From Massilia sp. S19_KUP03_FR1 (GTDB lineage Bacteria > Pseudomonadota > Gammaproteobacteria > Burkholderiales > Burkholderiaceae_D): a DNA stretch of 64,000 nucleotides. Every line of letters starts with the position of its first letter. Within the stretch, counting starts at the first letter, position 1. Positions 56,273 through 64,000 of the stretch are shown here, piece after piece. The position numbers and the translations under genes were made by a program. The DNA is taken from NCBI RefSeq assembly GCF_036688685.1, contig NZ_JAQQPS010000007.1:2013-66012 (forward strand), written 5' to 3'. Below the pieces are notes generated by a model. That model searched no databases and had not been told where the DNA came from. It saw only the letters and a program-made list of their open reading frames with translations.

Positions 56273-57052
56273 TCAGGAATCGCGCGCCATCTGGTGCTCA
56301 ACCAGAGTACGCGTGATGGTGCCGCTGGCAGCAAGTTCACGCGCCGCCAGGTCGCGCAAGGCGTCATGTTGCAGCCCGTCGAGCAGCGCCGCACGCAATT
56401 GCCTGGCCTCGGCGGCTCGCCCAAGCCCCTCGAGTACCGCCATGCCAATCGCAACCTCGCCGACCAGTCCGCTCAGGCTGGCAGCCAGGCGCGGCGCTTC
56501 GTGCGCGCCGGGATACAGCGGCATCGTACGCGCATCGAAATTGATCGCGTCAAGGTAACGCAGCGGCGCGCCGCGATAACGGTCAGCCAGCGCAAACCTG
56601 CCGGTCGCCACCAGCGCCGGCAGGGCCGCACCGGCATAGGTTTCAGCCAGCGCGGGTTGGTCCGCGTCCAGGCGTTGAAACAAGGTGGCGGTTGAGGCAG
56701 GCTCGTCGATCATCCGGTTGATGTCGACGACAATCGCAAAACGCGTCGTTTGCCTCGTGCGGCCCTCGTCGAAAATGGGTTCGCCAGGCGGGCCGAAAAA
56801 AAGGTCGCCGGCAAGCAGTTGCCGGATCTGCGCCTCGCGCAAGGTCTGCAAGGCGGCGCGCGCAGGCGGGTAGGCCGCCACCAGCATTTGCCAGCCGAAC
56901 ATCGTGATGAACAGGCGCGAGCGACCAGAAACCGTGGCGCACGCCTCTTCCGCGAACAATTGCTTCAGCAGGGACAGCGCTTCGGCGAAACGGCCGTCCG
57001 CGTGGGCGGCCAGCGCGGCGGTGACGAGTGGATCGCGATCGGGCATGGGCAT
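56273..57052 (-). CDS. Hypothetical protein
   Basis: 259-aa ORF downstream of the SMR gene on the same strand. No recognisable domain. Confidence 0.45.
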   Translation of the reverse strand: MPMPDRDPLVTAALAAHADGRFAEALSLLKQLFAEEACATVSGRSRLFITMFGWQMLVAAYPPARAALQTLREAQIRQLLAGDLFFGPPGEPIFDEGRTRQTTRFAIVVDINRMIDEPASTATLFQRLDADQPALAETYAGAALPALVATGRFALADRYRGAPLRYLDAINFDARTMPLYPGAHEAPRLAASLSGLVGEVAIGMAVLEGLGRAAEARQLRAALLDGLQHDALRDLAARELAASGTITRTLVEHQMARDS

Positions 57053-57094
57053 CCTCCGGTAAAGCGCAAGTGTAGATCGGGCCGCGCCGCGCGC

Positions 57095-57415
57095 TCAGTG
57101 CGGCGTCAGGATCTTCAGGCCGATAATGCCGACCACGATGAGTCCGATGGCGCCCAGTCGCAGGGCCCCGGCCGGTTCGCCCAGCATCAGCATGCCGGCG
57201 ATCGCCACGCCGACCGTGCCGATGCCGGTCCAGACGGCATATGCCGTCCCCAGCGGCAGGTCGCGCAGGGCCAGCCCCAGCATCCCGACGCTGCCTAACA
57301 TGGCCAGCAAGGTAAACAGCGACGGAATCAGGCGCGTAAAACCCGCGGTGTATTTCAGGCCCACGGCCCAGCCGACTTCCAGCAACCCCGCCAGAACCAG
57401 GTAAATCCAGCTCAT
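57095..57415 (-). CDS. sugE: SMR family small multidrug/guanidinium exporter (SugE/Gdx-like)
   Basis: 106 aa, 4 TM. Conserved Glu in TM1 ([13 protein letters not shown]). The ORF-track extension upstream of the ATG is not coding. Confidence 0.85.
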   Translation of the reverse strand: MSWIYLVLAGLLEVGWAVGLKYTAGFTRLIPSLFTLLAMLGSVGMLGLALRDLPLGTAYAVWTGIGTVGVAIAGMLMLGEPAGALRLGAIGLIVVGIIGLKILTPH

Positions 57416-57569
57416 GCAAACTCCGACAGAAAATGAATGATGCCCCAGTATAACATTAGTGTTTTTCAGCCTTTCAGCAGAGTTGGCGCAGATACCGTAG
57501 CATCGTGTGCAGCGGGCCAATGCCAGCGCCCGCATCCATCCAACCGCACCAGCCAAAGAACCAAACCAC

Positions 57570-58628
57570 ATGACGACATTATTTGACCCGATCCAGGTCG
57601 GCGACCTGACCCTGCCAAACCGCATCATCATGGCACCGCTCACGCGCGCCCACGCACCCGGCGCCGGCCGCGTGCCGAATGCCCTCATGGCCGAATACTA
57701 CACGCAGCGCGCCAGTGCCGGCCTGATTCTGTCGGAAGCGACCTCCGTCACGCCGATGGGCGTGGGCTACGCCGACACGCCAGGCATCTGGTCCGACGAG
57801 CAGGTGGCCGGCTGGAAGCTGATCACCGACGCGGTGCACGCAGCCGGCGGTCGCATCATGCTGCAACTGTGGCACGTGGGCCGCATCTCGGACCCGGTAT
57901 TCCTCGACGGCTCGGCGCCGGTGGCGCCGAGCGCAATCGCCGCCGTCGGCCACGTCAGCCTGCTGCGCCCGATGCGCGATTTCCCGGTCCCGCGCGCGCT
58001 CGACCTGGAAGAACTGCCGGGCATCGTCGCCGCCTTCCGCAAGGGCGCCGAGAACGCCAAACTGGCCGGTTTCGACGGCGTGGAAGTGCACGGCGCGAAT
58101 GGTTACCTGCTCGACCAGTTCCTGCAGGACAGCACCAACCACCGCACCGACAACTACGGCGGCACCATCGAAAACCGCGCCCGCCTGTTGCTGGAAGTGA
58201 CCGACGCCTGCATCGCTGTCTGGGGCGCCGGGCGCGTCGGCATGCACCTCTCGCCGCGCGGCGACATGCACACCATGGGCGACGCGGATCCGGCCGCCAC
58301 CTTCGGTTACGTCGCACGCGCACTCAAGCAGCGCGCCATCGCGTTCATATTCGCGCGCGAATCAGTGGGCGCCGACAGCCTGGGCCCAATGCTCAAGGAT
58401 GCCTTCGGCGGCGTGTATATCGCCAACGAAAAATTTACCAAAGAAAGCGCGACTGCCCTGATCAACGAAGGCAAGGCCGATGCCGTCGCCTTCGGACAGT
58501 GGTTCCTGGCCAACCCTGACTTGCCGCGCAGACTGGAACTGAATGCGCCGATCAACCAGCCGAACTACGAAACTATTTATCAGCCAGGCCCGGTCGGCTA
58601 TACCGATTACCCCGCCCTGCCTGCGTAA
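57570..58628 (+). CDS. Old Yellow Enzyme family NADH:flavin oxidoreductase / alkene reductase (NemA-like)
   Basis: [18 protein letters not shown] and GGT motifs of the OYE family. Confidence 0.85.
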   Translation: MTTLFDPIQVGDLTLPNRIIMAPLTRAHAPGAGRVPNALMAEYYTQRASAGLILSEATSVTPMGVGYADTPGIWSDEQVAGWKLITDAVHAAGGRIMLQLWHVGRISDPVFLDGSAPVAPSAIAAVGHVSLLRPMRDFPVPRALDLEELPGIVAAFRKGAENAKLAGFDGVEVHGANGYLLDQFLQDSTNHRTDNYGGTIENRARLLLEVTDACIAVWGAGRVGMHLSPRGDMHTMGDADPAATFGYVARALKQRAIAFIFARESVGADSLGPMLKDAFGGVYIANEKFTKESATALINEGKADAVAFGQWFLANPDLPRRLELNAPINQPNYETIYQPGPVGYTDYPALPA

Positions 58629-58645
58629 ACACGCCGGTCCGCAGT

Positions 58646-58689
58646 CACGGCGGCACTGTCATTCGGTAGTGCCGCCGTGTTATTCTTGG
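58646..58689 (+). terminator. Rho-independent terminator
   Basis: CACGGCGGCACT-N10-AGTGCCGCCGTG hairpin followed by TTATTCTTGG. Confidence 0.6.
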
Positions 58690-58722
58690 TGACGATTTTG
58701 TTCGCCTGACCAGGACCCTCAC

Positions 58723-61374
58723 TTGAAATCATTTGCCGCATCCGCGCTGGCGCTCGCCATCGCAAGCTCAATTCCCGCGCTCGCCGCGCCAGCCGCCACC
58801 GCAGCGACCTCCCGCCCCGAGAATGCCTTTCTGGCGCAGGCTGACGCCGCCGCCCGCGCCGCGCGTGTGGCGAATGTCGATTACGTGCTCGATTTCAGCT
58901 TGACTGGCAAGGAAAGTTTTAACGCTACCACCACCGTGCAGTTCGACTTGCTGGACGCCAGCACGCCACTGACCCTCGACCTCGACAAGGCGAGCATCGC
59001 CATGCTGACCGTCAACGGCAAGCAGGTCACGCCGGTCTATAACAACTGGTTCATCACGCTCGCCCCCGCCGACCTGGTCAAGGGCCGCAACCTCGTCAGC
59101 GTGGTTTACCAGCGCCTGCACAGCACCAACGGCGAAGGCTTGCACCGTATGAAAGACCCGGTCGATGGCCTGGTCTACACCTACTCGCACTTCGAGCCGG
59201 CCGCGGCGCACCAGATGTTCGCCGTGTTCGACCAGCCCGACCTGAAAGCGACATACCAGCTGAGCGTGACGGCGCCGCGCGACTGGACTGTCATCTCGAC
59301 CATGCGCGAAAGTGGCGTCGAGCCGGCCGCGGCCGAGAGCCGCCGCTGGACCTTCCCGCGCACCAAAAAACTCAGTCCCTACAATTTTTCCATGCATGCC
59401 GGCCCCTACAAGATGTGGGAAGACAACAGCGGCCCCTACCCGATGCGCCTGTTCGCCCGCCAGTCGGTGGCCAGCCAGATCAAGCCGGACGAGTGGTTCA
59501 AGTACACCAAACAGGGCTTGGCCTTCTTCGACAATTATTTCGGCGTCCCCTACCAGTTCGCCAAGTACGACCAGATCCTGGTGCCCGACTTTCTGTACGG
59601 CGCCATGGAAAACGCCGCCGCCATCACCTTCGGCGAAGCGGGCTTCCTGTACAAGGCGGACATGACCGCGGCAGAGCGCCAGAGCCTGGCCAGCGTGATC
59701 ATGCACGAGATGGCGCACCAGTGGTTCGGCGACCTGGTCACCATGAAATGGTGGAACGGCTTGTGGCTGAACGAAAGTTTTGCGTCCTTCATGGGTACGC
59801 TCGCCACCGCCGAGGCGACCGAATTCAAGGATGCCTGGCGCGATTTTTATTCGGGCGGCAAACAGGGAGCCTATGCGCAGGACCAGACCGCCAGTACGCA
59901 CCCGATCGAAGTGCCGGTGCCGTCCACGGCAAATGCCTTCGACAATATCGATGCGATCACCTATTCGAAAGGTGCCTCGACACTGATGCAGCTGCGCCAC
60001 TTGCTGGGCGAAGAGGTGTTCCGCAAGGGCGTGCACAACTATCTCACCAAATTCGCCTACCAGAACGCGACGCTGGACGATTTTATCGGCACGCTGGGCG
60101 AGACGGCCGGACGCGACCTGAAGCCCTGGACCGCCGAATGGCTGTACCAGGCTGGCGTGAACACGCTCGTCGCCAACTACCAGTGCAAGGCCGGCCGCAT
60201 CAGCAGTTTTAGCTTGCAACAAAGCGCCCCGAGCGCCGCCCTGCCAGCCCTGCGCGAGCAGCGCGTGCAAGTGGCCACATTCACACGCGCCGGCGACAAG
60301 CTGGCGCTCGGCAAGAACGTGGCCGTGACCTACCGCGGCGCGTCGACCAGCGTCCCTGGCCTGGTCGGCAGCGCCTGCCCCGACCTGGTGTACCCGAACT
60401 ACCAGGATTGGGGCTTTGTGAAAATCGCCCTCGACGCGCGTTCGCAGGCCACAACGCGCGCCCATCTGGCCAAGGTCGACGACCCGCTGCTGCGCGCGAT
60501 GCTGTGGCAAAGCCTGTGGGACGGCGTACGCGACGGCAAAACGTCGCTGCTCGACTTCATCGACACCGCCCTGCACAACGTCCCGACCGAGAAAGATTAC
60601 ACCTTGCTGGGCGACGTGCTGGGCAAGCTTGGGTCGGCCCGCCGCCTGCTCGATCGCATGCACGTCGATAGCCCGGCGACCCGCCGCGCCGGCGTCGCCC
60701 TCGAAGCGATGGCCTGGAACGGCGTGCTGGCCAATGCCGCCAACGGCGACTTCCAGCGCCGCTGGTTGCGCAGCTACCTCGACCAGGCCGGCAGCGTCGA
60801 CGCGCAGCAGCGCCTCGCCGGCCTGCTCGACGGCACCGTGAAGGTCGACGGCCTGGTGGTCAACCAGGACGTGCGCTGGGACATCCTGCAACAGCTGAGC
60901 CGGCGCGACTACCCGGGCAGCGCCGCGCTGGTGAGCGCCGAAGCGGTGCGCGACAAGTCCGCAGCCGGCCAGGCCGCGGCCATTGCCGCCGAGGTGGTGC
61001 GCCCCGCGGCCGCCAACAAGGCACGCTGGCTGGCCACCATCCAGGACACCAAAACGGCGCTGCCATTTTCCCAAATCCGCGTCGCCATGTTCAGCCTCTA
61101 TCCCGGCGAACAAGGTGCGTTCAGCGAAGCGACAGCGGACCAGCGCCTGGCACAACTGGCCGTGCTGGACCAGAGCGCCGGCCCGGTCTACATGCGCGCC
61201 TACGCCGGCGCCATGATCCCGTCCAACTGCACGCCAGCGAGCGTGGCGCGGCTGGCACAGGCGTCGCGCAGCATGACGACGCTGTCGGCGCTGACCCGGC
61301 GCGCGCTGCAGAACAGGCTGGAAGAAGACCAGCGTTGCGTGGCCATCAAGCGCACGATGACGGGCGCAAAGTAA
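58723..61374 (+). CDS. Secreted M1-family aminopeptidase (aminopeptidase N-like)
   Basis: Signal peptide. GAMEN exopeptidase motif. HEMAHQWFG...E zinc motif (HExxH-18-E). TTG start behind an AGGA SD. Confidence 0.85.
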   Translation: MKSFAASALALAIASSIPALAAPAATAATSRPENAFLAQADAAARAARVANVDYVLDFSLTGKESFNATTTVQFDLLDASTPLTLDLDKASIAMLTVNGKQVTPVYNNWFITLAPADLVKGRNLVSVVYQRLHSTNGEGLHRMKDPVDGLVYTYSHFEPAAAHQMFAVFDQPDLKATYQLSVTAPRDWTVISTMRESGVEPAAAESRRWTFPRTKKLSPYNFSMHAGPYKMWEDNSGPYPMRLFARQSVASQIKPDEWFKYTKQGLAFFDNYFGVPYQFAKYDQILVPDFLYGAMENAAAITFGEAGFLYKADMTAAERQSLASVIMHEMAHQWFGDLVTMKWWNGLWLNESFASFMGTLATAEATEFKDAWRDFYSGGKQGAYAQDQTASTHPIEVPVPSTANAFDNIDAITYSKGASTLMQLRHLLGEEVFRKGVHNYLTKFAYQNATLDDFIGTLGETAGRDLKPWTAEWLYQAGVNTLVANYQCKAGRISSFSLQQSAPSAALPALREQRVQVATFTRAGDKLALGKNVAVTYRGASTSVPGLVGSACPDLVYPNYQDWGFVKIALDARSQATTRAHLAKVDDPLLRAMLWQSLWDGVRDGKTSLLDFIDTALHNVPTEKDYTLLGDVLGKLGSARRLLDRMHVDSPATRRAGVALEAMAWNGVLANAANGDFQRRWLRSYLDQAGSVDAQQRLAGLLDGTVKVDGLVVNQDVRWDILQQLSRRDYPGSAALVSAEAVRDKSAAGQAAAIAAEVVRPAAANKARWLATIQDTKTALPFSQIRVAMFSLYPGEQGAFSEATADQRLAQLAVLDQSAGPVYMRAYAGAMIPSNCTPASVARLAQASRSMTTLSALTRRALQNRLEEDQRCVAIKRTMTGAK

Positions 61375-61428
61375 ACGCACCTCGAACCAGCGCAGGGCCG
61401 GGACCCTGCCGGGATCCGGAAACAAACC

Positions 61429-61743
61429 TCAGCGCCGCGTGCACAGCTGCGCCAGCCGGCGCCAGGTGCCCTCGCCCTGGCAGACCCCGGGTGGCCGCGT
61501 GTTCAGCAGCTGCCCGAGGTCGAGCGGCGCCGCCTCGCGCACGCGCACGTCGCGGGCGACCCTCATGCACACCACGTCCTGCCACGCCGCGCCGTAGCTG
61601 CCCGGCACCGGCACGGCCCCGCGTAGCGACAAGGCCGCCCGTTCGCATGCGCTGCGGTCGCGATAAGCGCCACGCAGACGCGCGCCGTCGAGTGTGACGT
61701 CGACGCCCTGTTGCAGGTACAGCAGCAAAACCATGGTGTACAT
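61429..61743 (-). CDS. Small hypothetical protein
   Basis: About 105-aa ORF from MYTMVLLLY. It fills the gap between convergent genes. Weak support. Confidence 0.25.
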   Translation of the reverse strand: MYTMVLLLYLQQGVDVTLDGARLRGAYRDRSACERAALSLRGAVPVPGSYGAAWQDVVCMRVARDVRVREAAPLDLGQLLNTRPPGVCQGEGTWRRLAQLCTRR

Positions 61744-61791
61744 GACAGTAGAATAGGCACACCCGCACAACCATGCTTGACAAGGATGCAG

Positions 61792-62259
61792 ATGAACGAC
61801 GGAACCAGCTGGGACTTTCCCGGTCCGCACACAATCGCGTGCACGCCAGCGGACACCGACATCGATGGCCTGAACCACACGAATAACGGCGTGTACGTGC
61901 GCTGGTGCCAGGATGCCGGCTGGTCGCATTCGGCAGCACTGGGCCTGACGCTGCGCGACTACCAGCAGCTCGATCGTGCCATGGCAATCCGGCGCGGCGA
62001 ATACGATTATTTGCTGGCAACCTCGGTGGGCGAAGCGCTGACGCTGGCCACCTGGCTGGTCGCCACCGACGGCCTGATGACGATGGCGCGACGCTTCCAG
62101 CTGGTGCGCGACCGCGATGGCGCCACCGTGCTGCGCGGGCGCTGGGACCTGGTGTGCATCGAAATTTCCAGCGGCCGCCCAAGGCGCATGCCGCCGGCGT
62201 TCACTTCGGCTTATTTGCCGGCGCTGGTGGCGCTAAAGGCGCCACCAGCGCCGCCGTAA
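61792..62259 (+). CDS. Hotdog-fold acyl-CoA thioesterase (4HBT family)
   Basis: TDIDGLNHTNNGVYVRW (4HBT motif with active-site Asp/His region). SD AAGGA 5 nt before ATG 61792. Confidence 0.7.
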   Translation: MNDGTSWDFPGPHTIACTPADTDIDGLNHTNNGVYVRWCQDAGWSHSAALGLTLRDYQQLDRAMAIRRGEYDYLLATSVGEALTLATWLVATDGLMTMARRFQLVRDRDGATVLRGRWDLVCIEISSGRPRRMPPAFTSAYLPALVALKAPPAPP

Positions 62260-62620
62260 AAGTCTTCATGTAGCCGATCAGGTTGACGATCTGCTGCTGG
62301 TCGCTGATGCCCCAGAAGCGCATCTTGTTACCTGGAATGAATTCACTGGGCGCGCGCAGGAAGCCGGCCAGGTTCTGCTCGCTCCAGCTGAAGTTGGCAT
62401 TTTTGAGGACCGCCGAATACGCGAAATCGGTCGTGCTGCCGGCGCGGCGCCCGACGATGCCGTTCAGCTGCGGCGCATAGCCACCGCGCGCATACGGTCC
62501 CACCGCATGACACGACGCGCACTTCTGAAACGCCGCCTTGCCCGCGACCAGGTCGGCCGGCGCGGCGTGCGCGCCCGCGCCGAGCACCAGCAGGAACAGG
62601 ACCGAAACACGCGCCATCAT
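62201..62620 (-). CDS. Class I c-type cytochrome (c2/c552-like), periplasmic
   Basis: Signal peptide. CASCH heme-binding motif. Distal Met region. Confidence 0.8.
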   Translation of the reverse strand: MMARVSVLFLLVLGAGAHAAPADLVAGKAAFQKCASCHAVGPYARGGYAPQLNGIVGRRAGSTTDFAYSAVLKNANFSWSEQNLAGFLRAPSEFIPGNKMRFWGISDQQQIVNLIGYMKTFTAALVAPLAPPAPANKPK

Positions 62621-63465
62621 CGCATCGCCAGTGGCGTGGCCCGGCGCGGCGGCGGAAACGCCGCGTCCAGCTCGGACAGGTCAGCACCAGAGAGCAACAC
62701 GTTCAGTGCCGCCCGGTTCTGCTCGACATGCTCCAGCTGGACCGCTTTCGGAATCACCGCCACGTTCGGCCGGTGCAGCAGCCACGCTACGGCCAACTGG
62801 CCCGGCGTGATGCCGTGGCGCGCGGCCACAGAGACCAGCGTGGCGTTGCGCAGCAGGCTGGACGTTTCCGCCGGAGACGAATCCAGCGGCGAGTACGCCA
62901 TCAGCGGCATGTGCTGCTGGTGCATCCATGGCAGCAAATCCCATTCAACGCCGCGCTTGGGCAGGTTGTACAGCACCTGGTTCGTCGCAATGGCTGCGCC
63001 ACCCGGCAAGCCGGCCGCTTCCAGCATGTCGTCGCGGTCGAAATTGCTGACGCCAAACTCGAGGATCTTGCCCTCAAGCTGCAGCGCCAGCAAGCCGGCC
63101 AGCGTCTCTGCCAGCGGCATATCGCCACGCCAGTGCAGCAGGTACAGGTCGAGGCGGTCGGTGCCGAGTCGGCGCAGGCTGCGCTCGCACGCTGCGCGCA
63201 CGCCTGCCCGGCTGGCATTGTGCGGATACACCTTGCTGACCAAAAACACCGCATCGCGCCGACCGGCAATGGCTGCGCCCACCACTTCCTCAGCCCCGCC
63301 CTCGCCATACATTTCGGCCGTGTCGATCAGGTTCATCCCCAGGTCCAGGCCCAGTTGCAAGGCCGCCACTTCGGCGCCGCGCGCCTGCCGGTCCTCCCCC
63401 ATATTCCAGGTACCCTGCCCCAGCGCCGGCATGGTGCGGCCGGACGGCAATCTGACTGTGCGCAT
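62617..63465 (-). CDS. Aldo/keto reductase
   Basis: AKR catalytic tetrad context (D...Y...K...H). LIDTAEMYG motif. SD GAGGAG before the ATG. Confidence 0.85.
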   Translation of the reverse strand: MRTVRLPSGRTMPALGQGTWNMGEDRQARGAEVAALQLGLDLGMNLIDTAEMYGEGGAEEVVGAAIAGRRDAVFLVSKVYPHNASRAGVRAACERSLRRLGTDRLDLYLLHWRGDMPLAETLAGLLALQLEGKILEFGVSNFDRDDMLEAAGLPGGAAIATNQVLYNLPKRGVEWDLLPWMHQQHMPLMAYSPLDSSPAETSSLLRNATLVSVAARHGITPGQLAVAWLLHRPNVAVIPKAVQLEHVEQNRAALNVLLSGADLSELDAAFPPPRRATPLAMR

Positions 63466-63637
63466 CTGTTCTCCTCGTGTAGGCGTCCACCATAGCGCAG
63501 CAAGCATTTTGCCGCCAGCACGCACGGATGGCTGCGCCTTGTTTTAAGGAAAATCAAAGACAACCTTGCGCAAACCGTCCGCATCGACGCTTGTGTCAGG
63601 TCAAACTTCCCCAATCATTTCACGCGAGGAATTGACC

Positions 63638-64000
63638 ATGAAACGCAGCCCGACACTGTCCTTTGCCCTCCCCCTGGTAACGCTGTGCCTTCTGGCCGCC
63701 GCCTGCGGGGCGCGCGACAGCGCGCCCGGCGCGCCCGTCTACAACGTGCCCGTGATGATGGTGACGCATCTGTATGTGGCGCCGAACGGGCGCGACACCA
63801 ATACCGGCAGCGAGACTTCGCCGTTCCTGACCATCGGCCGCGCCGCGCAGGCGGCCATGCCCGGCACCATCGTGCACGTGGCGCCCGGCGTCTACGAAGG
63901 CGGCTTCAAGACACAAACCTCCGGCAGCATCACGCCGGGCGGACGCATCACCTACCAGTCGACAGTGCGCTGGGGCGCCAGAATCGTACCGCCCAACGAG
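63638..64000 (+). CDS. Right-handed beta-helix lipoprotein, third paralog (3' end beyond the window)
   Basis: Lipobox LLAAACG. YVAPNGRD..G...PFLTIGRAAQAA..GTIVHVAPGVYEGG parallels the N-terminal catalytic-region sequence of 3714..5123. The frame is open to the window end. Confidence 0.7.
   Translation, partial: MKRSPTLSFALPLVTLCLLAAACGARDSAPGAPVYNVPVMMVTHLYVAPNGRDTNTGSETSPFLTIGRAAQAAMPGTIVHVAPGVYEGGFKTQTSGSITPGGRITYQSTVRWGARIVPPNE

Noticed and set aside
58768-61425. 885-aa minus-strand ORF antisense to aminopeptidase N
   Set aside because: GAMEN/HExxH motifs and the signal peptide are on the plus frame. The antisense ORF is compositional.
1-64000. CRISPR arrays, tRNA/rRNA genes, integrase or recombinase genes
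   Set aside because: No regularly spaced short direct repeats, no cloverleaf-compatible 70-90-nt segments in the AT-rich spacers that I could fold by eye, and no tyrosine or serine recombinase motifs were found. A tRNAscan/Infernal run would be needed to exclude small RNAs formally.

Overview
This is a high-GC (about 65-70%) chromosomal segment that looks betaproteobacterial (Burkholderiales/Oxalobacteraceae-like); the taxonomic guess is inference only. About 60 protein-coding genes can be supported. I saw no rRNA, tRNA or CRISPR array.

Most of the window is ordinary core genes: a 5'-truncated AI-2E family transporter, a FabG4-like SDR, a SRAP/YedK peptidase, an M28 peptidase, a metallophosphoesterase, two MFS transporters, psd, a LysR-azoR-pirin module, xth, a DUF2946 plus TonB-dependent receptor pair, an SMR exporter, an OYE reductase, a secreted M1 aminopeptidase, a cytochrome c and an aldo-keto reductase.

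Four regions stand out.
(1) A low-GC islet of about 6 kb (roughly 10.9-17.2 kb). It carries co-oriented small genes: an HExxH metallopeptidase-like protein, an ankyrin-repeat protein and small secreted or immunity-like proteins. A family of roughly 90-nt structured intergenic repeats separates these genes, a 245-bp direct repeat brackets the first 3 kb, and the islet ends at a truncated IS1595/IS1-like transposase remnant.
(2) A eukaryote-like or actinobacteria-like Ser/Thr signalling module: a Ser/Thr kinase, an FHA::SEDS (FtsW/RodA) fusion, a FhaA-like protein, an SH3b protein, a PP2C phosphatase and a further FHA protein.
(3) A same-strand gene array of about 12 kb (28.0-40.1 kb). Reading from 40.1 kb down, it runs: a 1081-aa PBP-like transpeptidase, four translationally coupled genes (an HTH-tailed unknown, two unknowns and a Lon/S16-like Ser-Lys protease with an internal repeat), an SPFH/flotillin-like coiled-coil protein, a SHOCT-Ser/Thr kinase-FGE (SUMF1) fusion, and a GNAT. 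This is my best candidate for an undescribed system.
(4) Tandem, near-identical right-handed beta-helix lipoprotein genes with a conserved upstream direct repeat, plus a third paralog truncated at the window end.

The ORF track also lists many Arg/Ala-rich ORFs in alternate frames. I treat those as GC-driven artefacts.
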